Shown here piece by piece: positions 22,029 to 35,031 of a stretch of 64,000 nucleotides of DNA (its first letter is position 1; every line of letters starts with the position of its first letter). The notes below the pieces were generated by a model that was given only the letters and a program-made list of their open reading frames with translations, did not search any database and was not told where the DNA came from. Source of the DNA: Octopus sinensis (taxonomy: Eukaryota); the NCBI RefSeq assembly GCF_006345805.1, contig NC_043002.1, positions 113,708,001 to 113,772,000 of the forward strand, read 5' to 3'. A program made the position numbers and the translations under genes.

Positions 22029-22892
22029 TGTCATCATATGTATAAATCAATGGAAAGAATTCGATGAAATTGTTAATTTCCATGAGAAGTAGGAAAAAGA
22101 AAGACAGCAGTGTTTTACATCCTCTATTTTTGAAAACTGGCTGCAACTGATGGGAAACGCAATGCAACACAATGTGAGCTTCATATGTAGAAAGGAAGTA
22201 ATAGGAATGGGAAGGGTAGAAGATAAGGGAAGCGAAATGAGAAGGAGAAGCAGGTGAGGGTGAGGTGGAAGGAAAACCGAGATAAGAAGGGCATTGAAGG
22301 ATAAGAATGGGATTATTGAACTAAGAAAGGATGTAGGATTAGAATGGAAAACATTCATTTCAATCCTTTGGTGATATCATAACAAGTTTAAATATGAAAC
22401 TCTGTTGCTTCTATTTCCTTGACTATGCAGCACTATGATGGGTACATGCCACATGATAGGTGAGTAATGAAATGGCTTACATTGAAGTGTATGATGACAG
22501 GTTAGCAAGGCATACATAGTAGAGTGCCTTGAAAGTTCTTCCAAAAACTGATCAAGAAGGTGACAGCCTATTTTCCCAATTCAAAGAGCATTGTAAAGTT
22601 TACAGATGATACAATAGAAGTTCTAGATTATATGGTATTGAGACTTAAGCCTGGTGATGATTGTAGTATTGTTAATATAGGGGCAGGCATTGCATCATTA
22701 GTAAGGACACTTAAAAGTGCCTGGTTGTGTGGTGCTGGATGCTATAGAGTTTCTTAATTGGAGGTTGCCAATGTGCCTATCTTTTTTTGAGAGTGGTGGT
22801 GCAGGAAAGATCGGAACAACTGTGGGGTCAGAAATAAAAGTCAGAAGTTATGGATGAATTTGTTTTTCAGTGGTAGGCCAGATGGGAAGAAG

Positions 22893-22934
<42 letters not shown>

Positions 22935-23353
22935 CCCATTCTGTGGGTGTGCATAAAGAGAGTAGGAGAGCAGCAGTGCAATCAGTGGCCTGGCCCCATT
23001 GGGGTGCAGATCAAGGGTTTCAATTCAGAAGAAATGTCATATTGTCTCATTTAAGAATTTGAAATTCAAATCAATGCTGCAGATTCAGTGAAGCTGAAGC
23101 TGAAGGAATTGAAACAAGGATAACACAGACTTGGTGTGTTTGGGGTCACACAGTTTGACAGGATCTGATTAACATACATGCACACATATATGTACATACT
23201 TGTGAACATGTAATAAAGGTAAGAATACATCCATCTATATAATGATGATGATCATCATCATTTAACGTTCATGTTCTGTGCTAGCATAGGCTGGATGGTT
23301 TGACAGGCTCCAGTGGATCCAAGGACTTCATTCTGTTGAATGTTGAATACAAC

Positions 23354-24125
23354 ATGGACAAAAAGCAAATTCGCACAATTTTCTTATTCCAGTTCAAGCT
23401 AGGCTGAAAAGCTGCTGAAACAGCTCGTGATATCAACGATGGGTTTGGCCCAGGAACCACAAATGAACATACAGCACAATGGTGGTTCAAGAAATTTCGT
23501 TGCGGTGACAAGAATCTTGAAGATGATAAACATAGTAGTCTGCCATCGGATGTTGACAACGATCAACTAAGAGCCTTAGTGGAAGCCAATCCTCACACAA
23601 CTGTTCGAGGCCTTGCTTCTGAATTAGACGTAACGTATACAATTTCCAACCACTTGAAAGAGATTGGAAAAACAACAATACTTGAGAAATGGGTGCTGCA
23701 TGAATTGAATGACGACAAAAAACCCCCAGCATTTTAAAGTGTCATTTTCCCTTCTTTTACACAACAAGAATGACCTGTTTCTCAACAGGATTGTGACTTG
23801 CGATGAAAAGCGGATTCTTTACGACAACCAGCGATGCTCAGCTCAGTGGTTGGACACCAATGAAGCTCCATAGCACTTCCCAAAGCCAAAATTGCACCAA
23901 AAGAAGGTCATGGTGACTGTTTGGTGGTCTGCAGCTGGTCTCATCCATCACAGCTTTTGGACCCAGGCGAAACCATTACAGCGGAGAAGTACTGTCAGCA
24001 AATAGATGAAATTCATAAGAAACTTCGACAACAACATCCAGCATTGGTCAATAGAAAAGGACCAATTCTTCTCCACAACAGCGCTTGGCTGTATGTCACA
24101 CAACTGACCCTGCAGAAGTTTATAA
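23354..24125 (+). mobile_element. Mariner (Mos1/SETMAR-like) transposase pseudogene
   Basis: MDKKQIRTIFLFQFKLG*KAAETARDIN...WFKKFRCGD...KWVLHEL...IVTCDEK...KKVMVTVWWS...GPILLHNSA, with stops and frameshifts. Confidence 0.88.
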
Positions 24126-25353
24126 AGCTGTCTGCATTTTTCACAACATGGGTATACCAGTGACATTCAAATATTTTCCCGGAAACTATGGTTTTAAGTG
24201 AAAGGTCAAACTCAAGATGTTGAGTTCATCTGTTACTGTATAGCTACTGAGCATACTCAATGGATGTGATGAATTTGTACTCATACATTTACAAAAAATG
24301 ACAGCCAATACAGTAACTTCATTCCAAAATGTAGCAATCTTTACAGTATTTTAAAAACAAAACACTGAATACCTGTAGTTTTAAGTTTGTTCTCTGCAGT
24401 TATTTCCACCTGTCTGTTCTTTGAGTGCAGGTAAGACACAATTTTGCTGCTCATTAATTGATATTATTCTCATGAAAACAAAGATAAGCAGCTAGCAACT
24501 TCAAACTAAGAACTGGAAATATTTCCTCGTATTCAATGTGAATTATTTTCACTCAACTATATAGACTTCTATTAATAAATCATTTTATAATGGCTATTAA
24601 AATCTGATTATAGTTAAAAACTGTTGAGCTGAAAGAAATCTTTGAACATGTGAATGTTACATTTCATGGCCAATACTCAAGTTGTTAAAATCATAAAATA
24701 AAGGAATAAACTATTGTTTTCTAAATGTTTTTATTTTAATGAGCTCCAGTAGCAGAACAATATTTTGGTCATAAACTGTCAGAAGCGAAATATCCAATAA
24801 AGAAGTAAATTCTTAATTTTATACAAACAGGGATAAAAAAGACTGAAATAGTTTACTCTGTTCAAATCGTGACAGAATCAATTTTGCCTTTCATTTTTGT
24901 GGGATCAAAAAATTGATACCAACCATTAGGCACAGATGTGGCTATGTGGTAAGAAGTTTGCTTCCCAACCACATACTTCCAGGTTCAATCCCACTGCATG
25001 GCACCTTGGGTAAGTGTCTTTTATTATAGTCCCTGGGTGACTATAAAGCCTTGTGAGTGGATTTGGCTGACAGAAACTGAAAGAAGCCCATCATGAGTGT
25101 GTGTGTGTTTGTGTTTGTCCTCCACTACTGATTGACAACCAGTGTTGGTTTGTTTACATTCCTGTAACTTAGTGGTTTGGCAAAATAGCTGATAGAGTAA
25201 GTACCTAGCTTCATAAAATAAGTACTGGGGTCACTTATTTGTTTGACTGAGCCCTTCAAGATGGTGCTTGATCATGGCCTCAGTCCAATGACAGAAAGAG
25301 GTAGAAAATGAAGGACATAGAACAAAGAAGTTTTATTGAGTCCTCTCCTTTAA

Positions 25354-25571
25354 CCCTTTAGCTTTTAAACCAGCCATATCTAACCCAAATGTTTTACCTG
25401 TTTTCTGTTCAAACTAGCTAGATCTGGCCTTTCACACACACCTACAATATCATTCTAAAAATAAACAATCCATCATCAGACTCTTGAAGCTATGAGATAA
25501 TGCATGATAAATTCAAAACAATATGAATAAATAAGCATTACATTTGACAAAGTAATCTGAACCCTAAAGGG
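25354..25571. mobile_element. piggyBac-like MITE
   Basis: TTAA|CCCTTTAG ... CTAAAGGG|TTAA; decayed relatives at about 34055-34270 and 58540-58752. Confidence 0.75.
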
Positions 25572-25619
25572 TTAAAAAGATTTGTGTTATGCACTAATGA
25601 TTCTGCTAGCTCACCACCT

Positions 25620-26140
25620 TATCATCATCATCATCATCATCGTTTAACGTCCGCTTTCCATGCTAGCATGGGTTGAACCAGATGGCTGCATCAGGCTCCA
25701 AACTTGATCTGGCAGAGTTTCTACAGCTGGATGCCCTTCCTAACGCCAACCACTCTGAGAGTGTAGTGGGTGCTTAGGGCAGTACTGGCAACGGCCATGA
25801 GCCATCTGCACAGGAGCCAGTCAAGCGGAAACTGGCAACGACCCCACTCTAATGTTTTTTCATGTGTCACTGGCACAAGTGCCAGTAAGGCAACCTGGTA
25901 ACGATCATGCTCAAATAGTGCTTTTTACGTGCCACCGGCACGGAAGCCAATAAGCTGCTCTGGCAATGATCACGTTCGGATGGTGTTCTTAGTGCTCCAC
26001 TAGCACAGATGCCAGTCATCAAATTTGATTTTGATTTCACTTGCCTCAACAGGTCTTTGCAAGCAGAGTTTAGTGTCCAATGAAGGAAAGGTACGCATAA
26101 GTGGGTTGGTCACACCCCTGGCATAGGCCACGAGGTTATG
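25620..26140 (-). mobile_element. RTE LINE 3' UTR fragment
   Basis: (CAT)n tail on the + strand and homology to 30640-31060. Confidence 0.75.
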
Positions 26141-26489
26141 GTCTCATTTAATTCCTAAAATTAATAGCTTCAAATTTTGGTGCAAGAACAATAATTTGGG
26201 GGGAAGGGGGTACGTCAATTACATTAACCCCAGCATTCAACTGGTACTTTATCGACTTCAAAAGGATGAAAGGCAAAGCTGACCTCAGCAGAATTTGAAC
26301 TCAGAACATAAAGATGGATGTAATACCACTAAGCATTTTGCCTGGCATGCTAATAATTCTGTCAGCTCTCCACCTTAGTTCCTGAAAGTATTAAAACTTC
26401 TTTTTGTTCTGTAAATTACATAGAGGACCTTTAACAGTTTTTTGAAGAAGCAACTTAATTCTTAATGAAACAATAAAATAAATCTTTAT

Positions 26490-26915
26490 ATTCTCTTTTA
26501 CTCTTACTCTTTTACTCTTTTACTTGTTTCAGTCATTTGACTGCGGCCATGCTGGAGCACCACCTTTAGTCGAGCAACTCGACCCTGGGACTTATTCTTT
26601 TGTAAGCCCAGTACTTATTCTATCAGTCTCTTTTGCTGAACCGCTAAGTAACGGGGACATAAACACACCAGTATCGGTTGTCAAGCAATGCTAGGGGACA
26701 AACACAGACACACAAACACGCACACACACACATATATACATATATATATACGACGGGCTTCTTTCAGTTTCCATCTACCAAATCCACTCACAAGGCTTTG
26801 GTCGGCCCGAGGCTATAGTAGAAGACACTTGCCCAAGGTGCCATGCAGTGGGACTGAACCCGGAACCATGTGGTTGGTAGACAAGCTACTTACCACACAG
26901 CCACTCCTGTGCCTA
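26490..26915 (-). mobile_element. tRNA-derived SINE, family B
   Basis: Head (A box TGGCTGTGTGG, B box GGTTCAGTCC), central microsatellite and (AGTAAAA)n-type tail. Further partial copies at about 18835-18985, 24945-25310, 33380-33530, 39130-39300, 54230-54540, 55545-55760, 63590-63710 and 63945-64000. Confidence 0.85.
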
Positions 26916-27180
26916 TGAAATTATTTCTTTAGAAAAAATAACCTTGTCATGCAATTTCCAACTATTTCGTTTTGGTGTCACCTGTTTTGGTGTCACTGTT
27001 TTGGTGTCACTGATTTAATGCAAACTTATTTGACATCAGACATTTTGCTGTTTCTTCTCATTCCCTCCTCTCTCTCTCTCATTCTTTATATTTATGCATG
27101 TAAGCATTTAGAAATATGTGTCTGAAGAAGGGGATTTCTCCTTCTCTTTCTCTCTCCTTCACCCTATTTATATGTGTATA

Positions 27181-27595
27181 CTCGTAGTATAACCCGGCGG
27201 TGCTCAGGTTTGTTTTTTAGTTGCAAAAATTCTTTCCGACCCTTTAGAATTGGAATTTTTGAAAAGTAAAAATTTTGTATTATGTAGCTTGTTATTCTCT
27301 TTAAGTGAACATTTTTCTGGTTGAAATACACTGGAAAATGGCGACACAGCAGTCAAACAATCGTTAAAAAATAGGGATTTTCATAGAAAAAAAGCACCTT
27401 TTTGATGTAAATAATTTTTGGTGTTAACATGGTCCGATTTGAATTTTTTTCTTCTATGGAATAAAGAGCAAGCCTTCTTCTATCATACTCTCAATTTTAG
27501 TCAACTTGCGTCACAGGGTCTTGGAGGAGATAGTGTTAGTTGAAGGCTACCAAACCTTCCACACACACAGACAACTTCAGCTTTATATATATAGA
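27181..27595 (-). mobile_element. Non-autonomous Helitron, family 2
   Basis: 5' A|TCTATATATATAAAGCTGAAGTTG and a decayed 3' hairpin/CTAG resemble family 1, but the core differs; the core is shared with 57609-57978. Confidence 0.7.
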
Positions 27596-27939
27596 TTTCT
27601 GTGTGTAGGTATGTGTAGGTTTTTACTTTCAGTGCCAAAAAGTACTGTTGCCAAAATGGGCTTTCATGTCCAGTCATCTGTGCTAAGTCACCAGCATCCA
27701 AACAACCAATCCCACTCATCCCATTCCATTTAGTCAAACAAACCAAACTCAGCATTTCTTTTCATTTTTTTAAAGTCTGATGATTATTCTGTTGGTTTCT
27801 TTTCTTGCACTACTAAGTTACAGGGATGCAAAACAAGCCAATGCCAGTTGCCAAGTGGTGGGGGGGGGACAAACACAATAACACATACATACATGAATTC
27901 ACACACACACACACACAATGGGCTTCAAACTGACCTTGT

Positions 27940-28260
27940 TTGATCAAACGTTCTGAAGCCTAGCCAGAATGAAGTCACTGGTTTCTCTTACCAGGATTAC
28001 GAATATAGATCCATTTCTTATCTCTAGTTACAATTTAATGCCATAAATGGGCATCTTGCGGTTCTGCCAGCAGTTGTTTGCAAATATTCATGTCTTTGAG
28101 CCTGGTCATTAGTCAGTTCACGAGGGGCTTTTCAACAGTGTCCCTTCATAAGGCTAAACTTATGGAGGTGTCAATTGACAGTGTTTTGTGAAAGACAAAG
28201 TACTACCTCATTTTTTTTAGCTTTCACAAATTTTCCACAATCAGACCCCAAGTCTTACTA
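27940..28260 (-). mobile_element. Mariner transposase relic
   Basis: PRELTNDQAQR...TRDKKWIYIRNPGKRNQ corresponds to VPHELT...VTGDEKWIY. Confidence 0.7.
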
Positions 28261-28303
28261 CCATACTGTATTGCACTTCATAATGCAAGCACCCTACAAA
28301 GTG

Positions 28304-28355
<52 letters not shown>

Positions 28356-28633
28356 TCATCATCACCATTGTGCTAACATCCACTTTCCAAGTCTTGCATA
28401 AATAAACGCAATCTGTTGAAGATGAATTTTCATGATCAAATACCTTTCCTCTCACCAGCCCTCACTTGCTTTCAAGCATGGTAATATTTCCCATCGCCAG
28501 ACGTGTTTTCACAGAAAACTTGAAGTGGATGACATTGCATGTTTAACAGTGATGCTCACTTACTGCTATCACATATTGTCAAGACAATGAGTTCCATACC
28601 AAGTTATTAATCTCACAATGCCTAAGCGAAATA

Positions 28634-29020
28634 TCTTTATATATAAAACTGAAGTTGTGTGCTGCCTGTCTCCTACGATTTAGATTCCTAACTACTCCCA
28701 CATTTTGTGGTGCAGTTTAACCAAAACCGGGTTATCTTGTAGTCGTGATTCATATCGAGCCCTTCTGGGTATTAGCGCGCGTCTACGATGAGTCTACGAT
28801 TTAAAAAAAATTTACCATTATTTTTCCGCATTTTTAATGTATTTTTTTGCTATTTTATAAGGGAAGTAACTCTCTAAAATGTCTACGATGAGTCTACGAT
28901 TTAAAAAAAATTTACCATAATTTTTTTCCATTTTTAATGCATTTTTTGCTATTATATAAGGGAAGTAACTCTCTAAAAATGCTTATATAGTTATTTCCCT
29001 TACAAACCCGATACTGCTAG
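28634..29020 (+). mobile_element. Non-autonomous Helitron, family 1 (3' hairpin deleted)
   Basis: A|TC...CTAG|T; 14 nt of the hairpin are missing (AAACCCG|ATACTGCTAG). Confidence 0.8.
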
Positions 29021-29185
29021 TATATGTATATTATAACTTAGAAGTTCAGCAGAGGAGACAATAAAATAAGTAGCAGGATTTTTTAAAAAATAAGTACTGG
29101 AGTCGATTCGTTCAACTAAAATTCTTCAAAGCGGTGCTCTAGCATGGCTGCAGGCTAATGACTGAAACAAGTAAAAGATAAAAGA

Positions 29186-29224
<39 letters not shown>

Positions 29225-29288
29225 AAACTTACTGTTAACAAAAGTTGGGATTCAGTTATTTCATAAATGAAAAATGCATTAAATACTA

Positions 29289-30602
29289 CCAGGGAAAAGC
29301 ACCACTGATGCTATATTCCTGGTAAGGCAGCTGCAGGAGAAATACCTAGCCAAAGATAAGCCCCTGTACCTGGCTTTCGTTGACATGGAGAAAGCCTTTG
29401 ATAGGGTCCCCCGATCCCTCATCTGGTGGTCAATGAGGAAACTAGGGATAGATGAATGGCTGGTGAGGGCTGTGCAAGCCATGTACAGAGATGCCGTAAG
29501 TAAGGTTAGGGTTGGCAACATGTACACAGAAGAATTCAAAGTAGAGGTTGGGGTCCACCAGGGTTCAGTACTCAGCCCCCTCCTATTTATCATAGTCCTC
29601 CAGGCAATTGTGGAGGAATTCAAGACAGGCTGCCCTTGGGAGCTCCTCTATGCTGACGACCTCGCTCTAATTGCTGAGTCACTATCAGAACTGGAGCAGA
29701 AGTTCCAGGTGTGGAAGGAGGGTTTAGAATCGAGGGGCCTTAGAGTCAACCTAGCTAAAACCAAAGTACTAATAAGTAGAAAGGTAGACAATCCACAAAT
29801 ATCCTCAGGAAGATGGCCCTGCTCGATCTGTAGAAAAGGTGTAGGTAGAAACTCTATAAGATGTACCCAGTGTAAGCTATGGACACATAAGAGGTGCAGC
29901 AATGTCAAAGGTAGGCTAACTGGGAAGATAGTTTTTGTATGTGGCAGATGCTCGGGAGCATTGACCTCCGAAAATCTGCAGAAAACAACTTCCGTCACTT
30001 TCCGGGGGAAAAAACTAGAAGTAGTTGATAGCTTCCGCTATCTAGGTGACCAAGTCAGTAGTGGGGGTGGGTGCGCTGAAAGTGTAACTGCTAGAATAAG
30101 AATAGCCTGGACAAAGTTTAGGGAGCTCTTACCTCTGCTGGTGACAAAAGGCCTCTCGCTAAGGGTAAAAGGCAGACTGTATGATGCATGTGTACGAACA
30201 GCTATGCTACATGGCAGTGAAACATGGGCCGTGACTGCTGAGGACATGCGTAAGCTCGTGAGGAATGAAGCCAGTATGCTCCGATGGATGTGTAATGTCA
30301 GTGTACTTACTCGACAGAGCGTTAGTACCTTGAGAGAAATGTTGTACCTAAGAAGCATCAGTTGTGGTGTGCAAGAGAGACGATTGCGCTGGTATGGTCA
30401 TGTGGCGAGAATGGATGAAGATAGGTGTGTGAGAAAGTGCCAATCCCTAGCAGTTGAGGGAACCCGTGGAAGAGGTAGACCCAGGAAAACCTGGGACGAG
30501 GTGGTGAAGCACGAACTTCGGACGTTAGGTCTCACCATGGAAATGACTAGAGACCGAGACCTATGGAAGTACGCTGTGCATGAGAAGACCCGGCAAGACT
30601 AG
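29289..30602 (+). CDS. RTE reverse transcriptase (partial, 437 aa open) with a PHD-type Cys4-His-Cys3 finger (29820-29951)
   Basis: PGKSTTDAIF, FVDMEKAFDRV, GVHQGSVLSP, YADD, KTKV, then CSIC-x10-CTQC-x4-H-x2-C-x14-CGRC, then FRYLG, LHGSETW, LRWYGHV and RGRGRPRKTW. Confidence 0.92.
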   Translation, partial: PGKSTTDAIFLVRQLQEKYLAKDKPLYLAFVDMEKAFDRVPRSLIWWSMRKLGIDEWLVRAVQAMYRDAVSKVRVGNMYTEEFKVEVGVHQGSVLSPLLFIIVLQAIVEEFKTGCPWELLYADDLALIAESLSELEQKFQVWKEGLESRGLRVNLAKTKVLISRKVDNPQISSGRWPCSICRKGVGRNSIRCTQCKLWTHKRCSNVKGRLTGKIVFVCGRCSGALTSENLQKTTSVTFRGKKLEVVDSFRYLGDQVSSGGGCAESVTARIRIAWTKFRELLPLLVTKGLSLRVKGRLYDACVRTAMLHGSETWAVTAEDMRKLVRNEASMLRWMCNVSVLTRQSVSTLREMLYLRSISCGVQERRLRWYGHVARMDEDRCVRKCQSLAVEGTRGRGRPRKTWDEVVKHELRTLGLTMEMTRDRDLWKYAVHEKTRQD

Positions 30603-31060
30603 TGAAGCCATATCCCGTGGCCCCTACCTGGGACGTAGTCAGTCCACCTGTGCATACCTTCCTTATTGTGACACTTGAGAAGACCTGTTGAGGCAAGTGA
30701 AAATCAAAATCAAAACCAAATCAAAATAGATGTACATCAATGGAATTTGTATCCTTTATGGTACCAGTGCCGGTGGCACATAAGAAAACCATCGACTGGC
30801 CTCCGTGCTGAGGGCACGTAACAAACACCATCCGAGCGTGGCCGTTCGCCAGCCTCGTCTGGCACCTGTGTCGGTGGCACATAAAATCACCCACTACACT
30901 CTCGGAGTGGTTGGCGTTAGGAAGGGCATCCAGCTGTAGAAACACTGCCAGATCTGACTGGCCTGGTGCAGCCTTCGGGCTTGCCAGACCCCAGTTGAAC
31001 CGTCCAACCCATGCTAGCATGGAAAGCGGACGTTAAACGATGATGATGATGATGATGATG
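29289..31060 (+). mobile_element. Young 5'-truncated RTE-clade LINE
   Basis: Uninterrupted RT ORF, a 3' UTR with GTGCCxxTGGCAC stem-loops and a (GAT)n tail. Confidence 0.95.
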
Positions 31061-32800
31061 AAAACATACAGATAGGACAGACACCAGGACTTTAATTCTT
31101 AATCAGTTATCAACCGAAAATGCTAATACCTAGTTTCAAGCCTTTCACAATAAGACTAGGAACCTTGTATATTGGCAGCATCTGCAAGATTTGTGCTGAA
31201 TTAGGGCTCGAGCAAACAAAATAATACAGGGTGGACATAAGAAAAATAAACAACAGTAATTTGAAACAAGGACAATAAATAAATAAAGCTTTAGGGCCAA
31301 ACACAAGAATGGTGGATGAATGCCTGGAAGAAATCCTCAAATGTATTATAAAGAACAGAATTGAGAAGTGAAGAGAAGAAAGTTGACCAGCATGCTCAGC
31401 ATCCAGTGGGGAAAAGGCAGAAAATAGAAAACCAGTCACTAATGTGACTCAGAATATACTATACTTCTAAGAACCGTATGAAGTTTGTTAGGGTCATAGC
31501 TTGTAAAGGATTGTGGTTCCCTTTTAATTTATTAGTCTTTTTCTTTCTTTTTTTTATCAACTATCAAATCTATCAGTGTCTCTTTAGAATGGATAGACAG
31601 AGAGAGTTGACAGTTTATAGTTGGGTATGGTCATAAATATTGTCAGGATTTAGAAAATGTATGAGTAATTGTCTATAAAGGAGGCTGGGTAGGGGAAGAA
31701 CCTAAATCAAGATGTTAATTATCAGTTTAAGGGGCAAGACACAAATAAAACCTATGGTGTTAATACAGAGGAAATTATCATGGGTTATTATGGATGATCA
31801 TATATAAACAATATTGTTATGTTGTGTAAAGATAAAATTTAAGATTACTAAAAATGATATTATAACCAGAATAGATAAACTGTGTACATGTACCAATTTT
31901 CAACATTAGATTACATAGAATTAGTTTAATATTCATTCCTGTATTTAATTATTTACTTATAAGGTGGTTTCTATAAACATTGCTCTTGGTATTTACTTAT
32001 GGAACACTGGGGCAATAAATCACGCTATCTTTGTATTAAAAATCGGTAAAAATAAGTTGTGCACAGATACATACGCATATTTAACTATGTGCACACATGC
32101 AAATATACACAAATATTCGTACTTTATTATGGGTATGTTATCATCAACTCTTCTAGACTTAAGTAACTAGAAAGTTTATATCTCTCTTTAAGAACATTAA
32201 TAACTTATAAGAGATAAGAGGTTAATAGGTAGAGGTATCAAAATAAGAAAACAAAATAATAAGAAATTATAGAGAATAGTAAGAAAATATATATAACTTA
32301 TTATTATATATAATACTAGCGGGTAAGTTCACATCATATATGTCACTAAAGCTAATTTCTCCTGTCTAGGTTCAAGTGCAGCACCTATAATTGCTAATTT
32401 CAAAAATATTTAAATGTACAGGTGACACAATGTACACATGATACCCTTAGGTTTAATCTGTTATTAACCAAGTTGCTCTTAAATGAACCGCTTCAAACGG
32501 TTGTACTGCATCACCTCTTGAAATCTTGTTGCTTGTTTTGATTATATATCATCACCATCATCATCATCATCGTTTAACATCCGTTTTCCATGCTAGCATG
32601 GGTTGGAAAGCACAAATAAAGGTTACAAACCTCATTCAGGGATAGCAAAATCCTATGAAAGTACCGGTTAGTTACCTATACAAAGAATATTGAACATTAC
32701 AGTTAATACTCAACTGCAAGGTAACCATGTAAACCGTGGTTTATATATATATTTATTCATTGTAATAGGATAAGAAAATAGAGAGGTAATTAATAAATAA

Positions 32801-32880
32801 TACCTCTGAAAGATTCGACTTTCAAATAACTTTTAATCTTATTAATTAATTAAAGTCTGGAACTGAAACAGCTGTAAAGG
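32801..32880 (+). ncRNA. Degenerate hammerhead ribozyme motif
   Basis: CTGAAAGA (one extra A), stem GACTTT/AAAGTC, GAAAC-AGCT-GTA with palindromic ACAGCTGT, and a weak stem I CCT/AGG. Confidence 0.45.
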
Positions 32881-32949
32881 ATGTTTGTCAAATTTTTAAT
32901 TGATAAATAATAATTTAATTACCTCATTATTTTCTCATATCATTATATT

Positions 32950-33362
32950 TATGAGTGGCTGTGTGGTAAGTAGCTTGTCTACCAACCACATGGTTCCGGG
33001 TTCAGTCCCACTATGTGGCACCTTGGGCAAGTGTCTTCTACTATAGCGTCGGGCCAACCAAAGCCTTGTGAGTGGATTTGGTAGACGGAAACTGAAAGAA
33101 GCCCGTCGTATATATGTGTATATATATATATATGCGTGTGTGTGTTTGTGTGTCTGTGTTTGTCCCCCTTGCATTGCTTGACAACCGATGCTGGTGTGTT
33201 TATGTCCCTGTTACTTAGCGGTTTGGCAAAAGAGACCGGCAGAATAAGTACTGGGCTTACAAAAGAATAAGTCCCGGGGTCGAGTTGCTCAATTAAAGGC
33301 AGTGCTCCAGCATGGCCGCAGTCAAATGACTGAAACAGGTAAAAGAGTAAAAGAGTAAAAGA
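32950..33362 (+). mobile_element. tRNA-derived SINE, family B
   Basis: Full head to GTAAAAGAGTAAAAGAGTAAAAG tail. Confidence 0.88.
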
Positions 33363-35031
33363 ATATATGTACATGTATAATTGGCTTCTGTTAGTTTCTT
33401 TCTATCAAATTCACTCACAAGGCTTTGGTCAGCCCAGAGCTGTAGTATAAGACACTTGCCCAAGGTGCCGCCCAGTGAGGCTGAATTCAAAACCACATGG
33501 ATGGAAAGCAGGCTTCTCAATCACACAATCGCATTTGTGCCTCTGTGTTTGTTATTATATGTAAAAGGATGAACTCGGAAGATTCATGTATTTTCATCCT
33601 TAGTGGGTTTGCTCATATTTTTAGCATCATAATGGTGTGTAGTTGTTTCCATGGGATCAGAAGAATCTCAGAAAGTGTAGTCAAGAAGTTTGCTTCCAAA
33701 GCATGTGGTTTTGAGTGCAGTTCCACTGCATGGCACCATGGGCAAGTATCTTCTGCAAATTAGCCAGTAAAATGAGTCTTGAAGCCAACAACAGAGATTG
33801 TATGCAAATATTATTCTGTCAACAATTCTATTTTTCTCTGCCAACCAAGACACAATATAATATATTTATGTACTGCAAAACTATTTCAACAAAAGCCCCA
33901 AAGTTTTTGCTCTGCTGATGAGGTTAGATTAAGATTGGATATGTCCACAGTTGTCTCACTTATGTGCCTGAAAAATGAAAATTATGTCAGTCATTGACTA
34001 ATAATATTATATTACATTACTGCATAATTATTTGTTTTTCAATGTTTCTAACATTAACCTTGTAGCATATAAACTAGCCATATCCAGCCCAAATATTTTA
34101 CCTGTTTTTATGTTCAAACCATCCAGATTTGGCCTCTCACACCTACCCTACAATGTCATTCTAAAATAAACAATCACATAATTGAAACCTTAAAGCCATG
34201 AGATAATGCTTGATTAATTCATAAATAAGCGTTACATTTAATAGAATAATTTGAATGCTCAAGAGTTAAGTATAATGACACTAACTTAAGTATTCATGTA
34301 GTTTTCTTCTACTGTTGTCACCCTCTTCATTGTAATTGTGGTGGAATATAAATAATTTCAATTTTAGGCTGGGAGAAAGATATGTTCTTATGTTCTTTCA
34401 GAGAGTTTCCTTAGAATTGGTTGATCTTGATACTGTAAGGTTTCTAGTTATAAATTATATGTCAAGGAATATTGAATTATTGTATGTTAGTTTCAGATTC
34501 TATTGGAGGACATAGAGGCTTTTTGGAAGCTGTTAAGGTTGGGAATTGTTGATAGTTTATGATAAGGCCTTGAGAAAGCAAAAAGGAAGTATGTTCTAAT
34601 TGTAGGTTGTAGAAAATGTGTTGTTTTTATTGAGAAGAAAGAAAGTTTGGGGAAAAGTAATCAATGGAGAAATCCTCAACTGTTAGAGTTAGGGAAAACT
34701 TCAATTTATGCCAAAAGACAGCAGTAAATCAGAAAGCTGATAATTAGCAAGAAGTTTACCTGGAATATTTAATAAATTTAACTGAAAGTTTTTCAATAAT
34801 TAAAATCACAACTTTCCTTTCACAGAACATATCTTGGAGAAAAGACTAATTGTTTGCAATGTAAATAAGTAAACTTCTAATAAATCAGTGTTTGCAGAAT
34901 TTATATTGGATGTCACAAGGGATGGATATACATTGTTCCTTACAAAGCTTGACATACAATTTTAATTACTGATGAGTGGTCAGTCAGTTCAGTAACTCAT
35001 CTAAGTAAAACAGTATTAGCCATAGAAACTA

